Origin: Lytechinus pictus
Taxonomy: Eukaryota
DNA: 64,000 bases
Assembly (NCBI RefSeq): GCF_037042905.1
Contig: NC_087263.1
Coordinates: forward strand, 9,612,001 to 9,676,000
Direction of reading: 5' to 3'
This document shows positions 51,643 to 63,329 of the stretch, piece by piece. The translations under genes and the position numbers were made by a program. The first letter of the stretch is position 1; every line of letters starts with the position of its first letter. The notes under the pieces were generated by a model, which was not told the origin of the DNA, did not search any database, and saw only the letters and a list, made by a program, of their open reading frames with translations.

Positions 51643-51788
51643 CATTCTTCAACCAAGCCTTGGATGTAATGAAGAGATCTGTGAGTGGACCAGGACCTGT
51701 CCAAGTGACCCGCCCACCTCCACCCCCAGGACCACCCCCTACTGCACCCCCGCCGCCATCACAACCAATCAGTAAATGGAATAATGAG
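51643..51788 (+). CDS. TFIP11: TFIP11 coding exon 12 (proline-rich)
   Basis: ccccactacag| (S)FFNQALDVMKRSVSGPGPVQVTRPPPPPGPPPTAPPPPSQPISKWNNE |gtaaga. FNQALDVMKRSVS matches recalled FNEALDIMNRAVS. Phase 1 to 0. Confidence 0.9.
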
Positions 51789-51829
51789 GTAAGACTTCCA
51801 TTCAAGAATGAGATATTTCTACTCCAGAG

Positions 51830-52220
51830 GAGGAAATGTAAAATGAGTATTAATAAACAATAAAATATGACAGTTCTATTATACAGTTTGCAGAAATATG
51901 TGTATAACTTATAAAAAATTGAATTAGATATAATTGTCTGTGTGTAAAATTATAGACATTTGAATTCCAGCGAAGTAATTGTAAAATGAGTATTGAATAT
52001 ACAGTGACACTACAGTTCGATTATACAGTTTGCAGAAATATATGTATAACTTATAAAAGAATTGAATTAGATATAATTGTCTGTGTGTAAAATTATAGAA
52101 ATTTGAACTCCAGCAAAGGAAATGTAAAATGAGTATTTAATATACAGTGACACGACAGTTCGATTATACAGTTTGCAGAAATATATGTAAAACTTAAAAA
52201 TAAAAAATTGAATTATAATC
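51830..52220 (+). repeat. ~143-bp tandem repeat, just under 3 copies
   Basis: tgtaaaatgagtatt...acagttcgattatacagtttgcagaaatat... recurs three times. Confidence 0.85.
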
Positions 52221-52784
52221 GGAACCGATACCCCACTTCTCCTCTCATGCATCCTCCCCTGCTCCACCTACATGTATTACGACTTCTGATATTGTAATCA
52301 TCATCATTTCTATAATTTCTGTTGCACTTATGACAGCAAGTTGTGTGTTTAAATATTGTTTTGTAATTTTTAAAAAATTGTTTTATTTAGATGAACATTA
52401 TACAGGGCAACATAAAATGAATATACATAAACAAACATAAAACAAGGGGTCATATGCTCATGGATTATAACGAGTCAATTCATAACAAAATTCATCGTAA
52501 AATAATGAGAAGGGGGAGGAGGGGATGTGATACTGTCAAAACTGTCATTGTTCATGATTAACATTTCACATGCAGTTTATACCAAGTCCCTTTTGTAGGT
52601 TCTTTATTTCCCGTACATCCTTTTAACTCTTAACATGCCAAAGTCGCAAATATGCACAAAATACACATAAACCCTATAGAGATGTAGTTTCCTTAGCACT
52701 TTAAGAGTTAAAGGCTGATCATTGATTCCTGTTTTCCCTCTTCGTTTCAATTGTAAATCATCACCTCTTTTTTTTTCATTTCAG

Positions 52785-52850
52785 CCTGTAATGGTGAAGA
52801 GCTCAACCTCTGGGATTCCAACAACTTTCAAAGATCTCCTGGAAAGGAAG
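52785..52850 (+). CDS. TFIP11: TFIP11 coding exon 13
   Basis: ttcatttcag| PVMVKSSTSGIPTTFKDLLERK |gtaaga. Matches recalled VPMNFKDLIETK. Phase 0 to 0. Confidence 0.9.
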
Positions 52851-54264
52851 GTAAGAATCTGGGGTCGGTTGCACCAAAGCTAAGTGATTAATCATACAAT
52901 TGATTTGCATGCTTTATTGCACATAATCATCAGTGTAATTGTTCATACAAATCAACCCTTTGATCAAATGCTAAGTTTTGTGATACAGGTCCTTATTAAA
53001 TTTATAATAGTTATTTGTACATAAATGTTGTATTCATGCTAAAAGGAGGTAGTTGCAGCAAACAAGTTTTTCATGAGAAAGTCTGTAAAATCAAGGTTAA
53101 TTGTAATCATATCACTAACTATTGACTAACCATTCAAGCTAAATGAAGGTAGTGGCAGGAAACAATTATTTGATGAGAAAGTCTATGAAATCAGTCGAAT
53201 GAAAGCTAAACTGCATTGATGAAATATCCCCAAATTCAAACTTTTGATCCAAATGCCAAATGAACATCTAGAAATTTTTTACGGATTTTCATGTAGCATT
53301 TGGATAAAAAGTTTAATAAATTTGTGGGTCTTTGAAATCAAGGTTAATTGTCATATAACCGTGGATCTAGAACTGGTACATGTTAACATAAACCTACCTT
53401 TGTAAAATCATGAAATCTTAACTGAAAGACGATCACACTGAAGACCACCAACACAGATAAGTACATGTGGGACAGTGTGTTATTTTTTCAATTCAATTCT
53501 TTTATTTCATTTCCATTCAAAACATAATACAAAGTAATATAAAGTAATACAAATCAAGTACAATTTTACAGAAGGGCATTCTTACTTCGTAAAAAAACAC
53601 AGAAAAAACAGTATAATATAGAGCATAAATGGAAATGAGGGGGATCCACTAAAAAGCAAAGCTTGTAAAGTGTGGATCCCCCTTGGAAATGAAGAAAGTA
53701 TAGTAGACTTATTCTTATATGCGTACATATATGTATTATTGCTTGTAAGAAGACCCAACATATGGCTGAAATGCCATGATTATTTTGTCAATTTCTCAGC
53801 AATCACACATTCACTTTCAGAATCACTTGGCACATATATTTTATTCATACATTAAACCTTTCGTGGTTATTTATTAGATTCTGTTTGAACTCATTTTGAG
53901 ATTGTTACCACAATTGACATTTATCTTGAAAGGTCAAATCAATTTTGGTAGGCTCCTAGAATCCGTATGTTGGAGTTTCTTGTTTTCATCTGTTCAATCA
54001 AATTAGCCAGGCAATATCACAATAAACCTCCGTAGAGGGATTTTTCCTCATTAAGTTGAATATCAAACAAGCAATTCACATTATGCCGGTGAATCTATTC
54101 TGGTTGAAGTTCTTGTGACCATGGAAATCTGTTCCACATTCTGGGTAATACCATTCAATATTGAACCCTTTTTGCTCATCCAACCCCTATTGTATTAACC
54201 CAGGATAGGAACTTAATAAGTTATAAAACTGCTATACCAGTGAGCACTGCATTACACTAAATAT

Positions 54265-54535
54265 GGGGGCGTCGTGGTCTAGTGGTTACGACTCTCGTCT
54301 CTCAATCTGAATGACGTGGGTTCGATTCCCAGCCATGGCGTGTTTTCCTTCTGCAAGAAATGTACCCATATTGTGCTGCACTCGACCCAGGTGAGGTAAA
54401 TTGGTACTGGCAGGAAGTAATTTCTCAAAAAAGCTGTGAGCAATGGAATCGGCAGACTAGTTTAGCCGGGGTAATATAGGAGCACCTTGAGCACCTAACA
54501 AGCTGGATACATAGCAAGGTGGTTATATAAATCCT
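54265..54535 (+). mobile_element. tRNA-derived SINE
   Basis: gggggcgtcgTGGTCTAGTGGtt...GGTTCGATTCCc, followed by gcactcgacccaggtgaggtaaattggtac core. Confidence 0.8.
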
Positions 54536-54574
54536 ATATTTATTTATTTATATGTTACTATAATTGCCCTTCTC

Positions 54575-54705
54575 CAATATAAATCCTGAGTGCCTAGCAA
54601 GAAGGCAGAAGGTCCCATATTTATAAGCCTTTTTAAATGACTCGGCAGGGGATTGAACCCACAAGCTCAAGTTCATAAGACAGACACTCTACCACTGGGT
54701 CACCA
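54575..54705 (-). mobile_element. tRNA-derived SINE fragment
   Basis: Minus strand ggtgacccagtggtagagtg...gggttcaatcccc...gggaccttctgccttcttgctaggcactcag. Confidence 0.6.
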
Positions 54706-54750
54706 TTCAGACTCTTGAATCATCAATATGCCATCTTTTTCCTCCTTCAG

Positions 54751-54930
54751 GCGGCCGAGAGTGGAATTTTATTTGCACCTACCCAGCGTCGGCAAGAAGG
54801 AAAGACGGTGTATAACTTTGGCCATCTTCTGATGTACATTGACCGTGGGGTATCGTACGTCCAGCAAGGCGGTGACTGGACACCAACATCTATCTATACC
54901 ATGATCGATATGGCTCACAAAGGATCGTGA
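54751..54930 (+). CDS. TFIP11: TFIP11 coding exon 14 (terminal)
   Basis: cctccttcag| AAESGILFAPTQRRQEGKTVYNFGHLLMYIDRGVSYVQQGGDWTPTSIYTMIDMAHKGS*. Matches recalled C-terminus EGKQLYTFG...YIDRGV...WVPTSLQSLIDMAK. Confidence 0.96.
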   Translation, partial: AAESGILFAPTQRRQEGKTVYNFGHLLMYIDRGVSYVQQGGDWTPTSIYTMIDMAHKGS

Positions 54931-55419
54931 CATCATAAAGACTGATTATGACATAGTAAAGACTGGTTATGACATCATGAAGACTTTGATTGTGACATAA
55001 AAAAGATTGATTGTGACATCTTTTAAGGATATTGGCTGTGACATCATCAAGGTATCCATTGTGACATCATAGAGAGAACAATTGTGACATCATGAAACCA
55101 TCTTTTTCATATCATGAAATCATGCAATCTGTTATTGTGACATCATATAGTTTTTAAAAAGGTACCAGTTGGGTAATTTGATTATGACCGGGGGGTCACT
55201 GCCTTTGGACAGTGGAAAGCATCCGTAAGAAAGAAAACACTAAAAAAGGGTGTTTTTAGCTGGCAGGCGCCGACGGCAAATAGTGTCAAATACGCAGATA
55301 GTGAGAAAAAGGCCCCTTAAATCATGACGGCCTAAAACGCAAATAGAGTTTGTTATTTGCACGGACTATGGGATCGAAGATATGCCTTCCATATTGACGG
55401 GCGACAGATCTGTAATGTA

Positions 55420-55615
55420 GAGGTGTCTTGGCTCAGTCTCAAGACTTTGAACCACAAGGTCCGGGGTTCAAATTCCACTGCAGCACTCGCGTCCTTTGGC
55501 AAGGCGTTTATCTACATTTGCCAATCTCGACCCAGGTGTAGTAAATGGGTACCCAGTAGGAAGGAATTCCTTGAATACTCGAGCGCCCCATCAGGGCTTG
55601 TGTTACAGCATCCTG
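55420..55615 (+). mobile_element. tRNA-derived SINE in the probable TFIP11 3' UTR
   Basis: tggctcagt...ggttcaaattcc...cctttggcaaggcg...ctcgacccaggtgtagtaaatgggtaccc. Confidence 0.7.
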
Positions 55616-56141
55616 GTCTGAAATAATGCTTCAAGATGGGCGATTATCCAACTAACGGACGGTTGTCTTACGCACAGTCGACTGTACTTTCAATGAGTTG
55701 TTTAGCTTTCAGCTGTAATGTCTTTGCTGATAGAGGGCAGCAGATCGTGAAGTCTCCGCTTTCTTCCTCAATTAGAATTGAATGAATGTATGTGGAAAAA
55801 GTGCTTTCTACATGTGCATATTCATAACAACCAGAGTTCCATTTTGTATTAACAAGATGACTTGTTTGTAGACAAGACTGATCATAATGATTCATTTTGG
55901 ATAATAATTATCAAGGTCAAATACCATTAAGATGATGTCTGTCAGCTAAGTTCTGTTAACTTTACCATTCAAAATCATTCATGACAAATTCAGATGGAAC
56001 TAATTTTGCTCAATGTTTGGAAGATCATATATGATGACAAACTGTTCTCAAGCAAAATGTTTTCATGATGCAATTTAATGTGAGCAAGTTGAGAATGTAA
56101 AATGTTTCTGTAACATATTTATATTAATGTGGTATATTTTC

Positions 56142-56147
56142 AATAAA
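56142..56147 (+). terminator. Candidate TFIP11 polyadenylation signal
   Basis: AATAAA followed by T/GT-rich sequence (tttttattgtgtttttt) about 1.2 kb after the stop codon. Confidence 0.5.
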
Positions 56148-56978
56148 CTGTTTATTACTTTTCAGTATTTTTATTGTGTTTTTTTTTCTCTTAAATTTTG
56201 GTCTTCCATATATTTTCTATGAAACATACACTTTTTACCCTTGATGCAACAGTGAAACATAATGGAAATACTACATATCACATACTGTTCTGATTTCACC
56301 CACAAAAGGAGGGATGAAATATTCTTACTTAGTGCATTAATAATCATATATTTTCTCTTTTTTTTTTTTAATTGAAAAAAAAAATCATAAGTAGCCAAAT
56401 ATATAGTTTCCGGAGCAACTTGAGACAATTTAGGTGGAGTCAGCATGTTACAATTCCAAATTCTAACACTAAAGTTTGCCCCACAAATCAATGTATACTT
56501 AAAGTATTATTATCTGTGTCTGTTAACACCACACCATCCATGCTGGAAAGAGCATGGTGTCACACATTATGTCACACGTTTTGTCACAGTGTGTTCACAC
56601 TGATGTAATGCGAAAATATGATTCCCACTGTTAAAAGTGCTCCAAAGTAATCAACCTGAACACAAATCCATACTATGGGCACGTCTAGAGTGTGGTTGTT
56701 CACAGTGTGTTCACATGGTGGACTATGAAAATGTCGGGTTCACACTTTAAAAATGGGTTCTATGACATTTGCTCCAGCGCGACAATTGCTCCGCTTAAAA
56801 TTTCACACTCTTAATCGAATGACCAACTTCAACCTTGGGTTAAATGCTATACCATACCCTAAACCTAATATAAATTCCTATTGCAACCCTAACCCTAACG
56901 AAATTAAGCCCAGAGCAATTGTTGCAGGAGCAAATGTCTTGTCACCTAAAAGGTTATCTAGTTCCACAGTGTGGTGAT

Positions 56979-57278
56979 CAGTGGCGTACCTAGGATTTTC
57001 AACAGGGGGGGCAAAATCGGCCGCCAAAAAATTTGACAAGCAAAAAAAAAAAAAAAAAAAATGGTCTTCAATAAAAAAATTAAGGTTTTCTTACCAGAAA
57101 AAAAATTAACAAGCAAAAAAAAAAAAAAAAAAAAAAGGTCAACAAGCTCGTCAGGGGGGGGGCAAAAAAGGTATTTTAAGCTCGTCAGGGGGGGGGACAG
57201 GTATATGACTTGTGTATGGGTTGTGGCTCGTCAGGGGGGGGGGGGCAGAGTGCCCCCCCCCCCGTAGGTACGCTAGTG
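56979..57278. mobile_element. Small hAT-type MITE
   Basis: TIR CAGTGGCGTACCTA / TAGGTACGCTAGTG. Perfect 8-bp TSD GTGGTGAT. Confidence 0.85.
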
Positions 57279-58400
57279 GTGGTGATGAATTCACACTGTG
57301 AACACACTGCGAGGGTACTGTGTTATTTTCAGCAGCAATCATCCGCCCTCGCCTCGGATGGCTCGGATGAACAAACAAACAAAATAATACAATACCGGAC
57401 CTCTAAAACTATGGTATTGTGACGTCAGAATCATTAGACAAATAAAAGCAACATTACTTATATTTTTTTTCAATGTTCATGTAGGCCTATATAGGCCTAA
57501 TAAGAAATTGCGTGCGAATCATGTCAAGTACCGGATCTCGCCGATGTTATCTTAGAAATAGGTTTAACTACTTCCGACGAGGATGGCATGTTTCTATTAA
57601 GAGAAAGCAAATATATTCCGGGCTCTTCATGGATAGATGTCATGTATTGATAATTGTTACAATATGCATTTCTATTCAGCGTGTTGAAATCGGGTAAAAC
57701 TTTGTCAATGATTATCACGTAATTTGTATATAGACGTTATAAGCCAAGGGCCGCTGAACGGTTTTGAAAGTGGGTGATGGGGGAGGGGTGAGCCGAAAGT
57801 GGGGAGGGATACCTTGCAAACAATTACAATCAGATGGTAATTTTTAATTAAAAAGCTGAAGCCCACCCAGCCCCCCGTTTCCGCAGCTCATGTACTACTG
57901 CAAATCGAATGGTAAATGTGTATAAGCGAAAATATACTTCATGAAACAACCGCCCCTATCCGGTCTCTCGCATGTCTTATGACAAACGATTCAGAACAAA
58001 AAAAGAAAAAGAAAAAATGCATTTGACTGAAATCGTGAAATAAAAACGTATGCATTATTAAGAAAAAAAAGATTCCACAACAACATCAACAAATTTATAC
58101 ATTACCTTAATAAGGAAAAAGTTTCTGGATTATCTTGCATATCGAAAGAAAGGGTGTTTTTAACTCACACATTTTTTTCATTTTTGTCTCCCTTTTGTCT
58201 GATTTCGTGGATTGTGATCTGCCGTTAGGGATGTATATGCGATTATTTATGGGGTTAAATTTCCACAGAAAAATGTCAATTGGAGAAATTTGCTTGTCAA
58301 TGACTTTGGCCATGAAATAAACAAAATGTGTACTGAGATACGCTGTTTAACAATTGATGGTTCTGCATCTGGGTTCCCACTGGCAGAGTATAATGCCCCA

Positions 58401-58631
58401 CACTCTTAAAATAGTTGGGCAAAAAATGCCTAACTTTTAACCAACCCTGGGCAACATAATTACTGTCCACACAACTATTGGTTAAAATCTGCCCAAATGG
58501 GTAATAAAAACTAATAATTTGGTAATAAATTTGCTCAATTTGATAATTGCCCATCAGAATATATATACATTTTTAACCAACGTACATTACCCAACACAGT
58601 AGACAGTGTGTTGCCCAACATTTTAAGTGTG
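58401..58631. mobile_element. CAC-terminated MITE (EnSpm/CMC-like)
   Basis: CACTCTTAAAATAGTTGGGCAA ... TTGCCCAACATTTTAAGTGTG with CA 2-bp TSD. A truncated inverted relative ends at 61156. Confidence 0.7.
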
Positions 58632-61600
58632 CACCCATGTACCATCAACTCTGGTTAAAGCGGGGTCCATGGTCTAGGTAATGCAATATTCATAGGTACA
58701 ATTTTTATGTTTATTTGTTATTACACCGCCCTTTTTATTTTTGTTACTCGAATTGCTCTGAAGTGGTTTTGGAGATACGACTGAATTATTTTGTTCATGT
58801 TATTTAGACCACTCATGTAAATTTCACCATGAACATAAAATGTTTCTACCGCACTTATTTCTCATTCAGAACTACTATAAAAAGAAGAATAGCAACGCAC
58901 TTTTCAAGATATATCGCAGGCATGTATATAGGTCTATACGTTGTACGCATGCAGGCCTGTCGATTCGTAATCTGGAATAGATCTGTATACGCTTTGCCCC
59001 TGAATTTATTTATTTAGGAGATTTATCACAAGTCAATATTTTCACTGTCAACAAAATTATACATAGTTGTTTCGATTTGTTTGGGGCGAAAGTGACGTCA
59101 CTCCGCCGTATTCACCTAAGTGTTCATCCTTCGCCACTCTCTTTTGCTTATAATCTCTTTTGGTCGGCCATGTTTTCACCAGAATTTCTTTTCTCTTTCT
59201 TTCGAATATAGTTGTATATAAATCGTCATGAATAAAAAGTCAACGAAATTAGCTGCATTACTGTAAAGAACATAACGCCATCAACCATTCCCTGCCCTTT
59301 TCTCTCCTCCCTTATACCCCTTCCTCACCTATACCAGATTCTACTCCATAAATTAATACCTTATTCTCGTCTCAATGTACCCACTCAAAGTGTAATATTT
59401 TTCTTCAATCTTACCCTTTTTGTGAAATTTCACATAATCCAAAAGTAATTAGTTGTTGAAATCCTCCATTGACTGTTATTATCCTCAAAAATAGTTTCGA
59501 ATCACACATTCTTCTTGTGATTTGGAATTAGAAAGATTTGTTTTATGACCAGGTGCGGCGGTAAATGAATCGATAGGGGGCCAGACAAACTAAAGGTGTC
59601 GTACTTTTTTTTTTACTAAAAAGAAACAAGGACATAATAAACTTGAACGAACCATACCTCTCTTTTTTTTAATCTTTTTTTTTAAAATAGATATTCTTCT
59701 TTGTTTTTCCCAAACCCATTGCAGGCGGTTGCCATCCCCCTGGCTGTGATATCCTACGCATGCAGAAAACAAATTAAACTAGTATACAATTTATATATGC
59801 GGTTGTTTTAAACAGAGATTAAACCCCCAAAAGTAATACCAATTCAAACAACATTGTTCAACTACTAATAAATAAAGAAATGAAACCTCGCTGTCGAAAA
59901 AAAATATTTAAAACTAAAAAAACATTGTATAAAGAGATATTATTTTAAAGAGATTTAGGCATGAAACTGCCTTTTAATTTATATAGGCAATATCGTAGGT
60001 ACTACATGCAGAGTAAACGATTTATATGTTACAATTTTCAGAAATAGAATGCTCTATTAATTAGTTTTAACTTGTCCGCTCCATTCATGATTTCCATATT
60101 TCATGTCTGCGGTTATGACTAAAATGATATTTGGCATTCCGGTAAATATAACGGCGTGAATAGTTGTGGTTAAATGACTGAAACCATGTCCGCTTATTAA
60201 CCACTTCAGAAATATCTACGGAACGAACTTTGCCAAGAAAATAGTCACTATTTTATGTTACAAAAGTGCAGAAGGCCTATCCATACGGAAATATATCATG
60301 TATGATCAAATGCAATGAAAAAGCAAAGGAGACTCATCTGTTAATTAGGATAAGCATAAAACGGAAATCTCTATAAACCTTGAAATAAAACATGCATGTC
60401 CTATTTCAAATCACAATAGAGGGGTAAAAATAAAAACGTATAATGTATAACACGGCATGCGATCGGGGGGGGGGGGGGTGGGAGTCGAAATCTGAATCAC
60501 TGGCTTACAGTTTGGGGCATGGGGGCCACGGACTTCCCCAATTTTCACGACCAAGGACAAAAAGGAGAAAAAGAGGAAAAGGGAAAGGGAAAGGAAAAGG
60601 TGAAATATGATACTATTTTCTGAATATAATATTATAATCAATCAAAATTAGATTTTTGTATAAAAAGTCATTTTTTTTTTAATTTTGTCCACACCGTCGT
60701 CTGGTCTACTCATAATTTTTCGCTCATTACGCCACTTATGAATGATTGTATTTTTAAAGTTATTTCAAACGAGTAGAACATAATTGAAACGGGACATATA
60801 TAGCTATAGAGGATTTTTTTTTTTTTTTTTTTTTTATAAGACCGAGATGTATTGATGTTAGGACGAGATTCATCGATCTTTGCCTTGATATAAATCTGTG
60901 ATTTGAATTTTGGACGTACTTTTAATGTGATAAACAATGAAAGTTTTAGTTGGGCAAGTGTTGGTCCTGAAAAGGACCACCCAATCTCGACGTTTCGAAC
61001 TGAAAGTTTTGGGAAAATACTGTTCACTGTGCTGGGTAATGTAATATCCAACTGAGAAAATTTATTACCCAATTTGGACAGATTTTAACCAATAGTTGTG
61101 TGGACAGTATGTTGGTTAAAAGTTGGGCACTTTTTGCCCAACTATTTTAAGAGTGTATTAAAGAAATAGAGTCACGATATTGGACCAAGGAAAAAGGTCC
61201 AAACAAGAAAAAAAAAGTCGAAAACGTGGAGGGATGTCAGATAAATTAAATGATGAATGGAATATGTTGTATTTTTCTAGAATTATATATATCTCAGTTG
61301 GGCAAACATTTAACTTTTATTTTAATTTGCACGAAGTCAGCAAATTTTGAAGTGGATGCTGGCGAGGCTTTTGAACACAACTGGTATGAGGACAGCTTTG
61401 AAGTTAGCAACGTTATTTCAATTCAGCCCAATACAATTCAGTTCATTTGATTTCAAAATTTGATAAAATATGGTTTCTTAAATATGTTGGTTGAACTTAT
61501 TTGTGAAATTATATAACTTTCGTATATTTTTAAAGTAAACTTTCGTTAATTTGCAACACTTTTTGTTGGCGTGTTCGCCTCACATGGATACCCGGCCATA

Positions 61601-61657
61601 CAGCTAATTCTGATTATTTGTTTGAAAAAAAGGTTCCCTATATATAGAGTGCTTGTA

Positions 61658-61989
61658 CACACTAAGAAATAAAGGTTCAAAATTACACCCCGAAAGGTTA
61701 ATGCAAAATCAGCACCCTATGGGTTCAAAAATCGAACCCCTGATTGGGGTTCAAAAATTGAACCCCTGGTTGGGGTTCATTTTTGCACCCTGCGGGTTCA
61801 AAACTGCACCCCTAGGGGTTCAATTTAAAATTTAGGGGTGCAGTTTTGAACCCGCAGGGTGCAAAAATGAACCCCAACCAGGGGTTCAATTTTTGAACCC
61901 CAATCAGGGGTTCAATTTTTGAACCCATAGGGTGCTGATTTTGCATCAACCTTTCGGGGTTCAATTTTGAACCTTTATTTCTTAGTGTG
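61658..61989. mobile_element. Near-perfect 332-bp palindromic MITE, CAC termini, TA flanks
   Basis: CACACTAAGAAATAAAGGTTCAAAATT...AATTTTGAACCTTTATTTCTTAGTGTG. Arms of ~155 bp are built from gggttcaaaaat/gaacccc subrepeats. The two ORFs here are mirror images of each other. Confidence 0.9.
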
Positions 61990-63271
61990 TATAGTTTGGA
62001 CACTGCATGTCAAAATAAATCATATCGGAGTTTATACATTGATCCATTTTAAATTTCAAACATTACCATACTTTTTTCTGAAGATAACTTATCACGCAAC
62101 ATAATTATGACCCAATGTTGTTTTTAAATTTGTCTATACAGGTAAAAACAGACCACGCAATGACAACTCTTTATCTTACGACAACAATTTACAAAATGTA
62201 TACAGCTCATTTGCATAACCAGGAAAAACAAATTAGTCCTTTCCGCCAGTATAACTTCCGGGAGAACAAAGTTAGATAAAGAGTGATAGGACCCTATGGA
62301 TTAATCCGACTGTGTGTCTCTATTATAGCTATTATCCACTTCCCCCTTTTATACCAATTCACAATTTTATGTAGCATGATTACAATGATGACTTGAGCAG
62401 GTTTTATTAGAATTAAACATTTTATGATGAAGGTGACGATGCGATTACTTATATTGGTGAAATTTACGTATGATTTTAATATTGTCAAAATAAATGAGTA
62501 TCGAATTCACATCTTGTTCACAAGTCTAGTTCACAAGCCACGGAAGCGGCTTTTGATTGACTTTGTCTTTAATCATTATTTTTGGCGTTTCCGCGTTCTG
62601 TGTTTTCTGACAATGTCATATGTTTTTTGCATAATAATGTATTGAGCAGATTTAACCATTTGAAAACATTTGAAGAAAAGCTTTACTCGGATTTTCTGAT
62701 AACTGAACTCGAATTTACCACGATCAATTACGTCACTATGACGTAAGAAAACTTTACAGCTCAACATCCAATCACAACTCCCCGATTGCAATTAGGCCTC
62801 ACAACTGTAGGACTAGTACATTTTGATACAGACATTAGAAGTACCGGTACTATAAAATTTTATAGTCGGTCTTAAAATGTAGAAGTTTAAAAGTGTGACG
62901 ATTATCAATTGAATATATGAATTGTTTGTGTATTCAGTGATTTATTTTGATATAACTGTGTAATATTTGACAAAATTATTTTATTTCGGTAATTGGCTTC
63001 CCTAAAATATAATGGATTGATCTACTGCAACTCCGGCCGGCCGAGTAGTATCGCTCACTGCACCTGCATGCTGCGATGCGATATACACAATGCGTAATAG
63101 CTGCATTTGTGCGAGACAAAACATTTAATCATTCATTTGTGTTGTTAGAAGTCGAGTCGATCGGAACTGAGTAGAGGAGTGGATACTTTTGTTTTAGGAG
63201 CTCAGGAACCAATATTTTCATCTGAAGTGTACAAGAGAGGCTTGGTGCCTTTGTTGGAAGGAAAATCGAGA

Positions 63272-63329
63272 ATGGGGACAATGATTGGAGTTGTGCTGGT
63301 AGCAGTTTGCTGCTGTCTTTTTGGTAGAG
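63272..63329 (+). CDS. Probable first coding exon (signal peptide) of an unidentified secreted or membrane protein
   Basis: ATG in good context (agaATGG), MGTMIGVVLVAVCCCLFGR(G) with a hydrophobic core, strong phase-1 donor AG|gtaaga. CpG-rich sequence upstream (63030-63170). Confidence 0.6.

Noticed and set aside
56860..56900. Telomere-like (AACCCT)n
   Set aside because: Only two or three imperfect units, inside a small MITE (~56755-56946) bounded by gacatttgctcc/ggagcaaatgtc inverted repeats.
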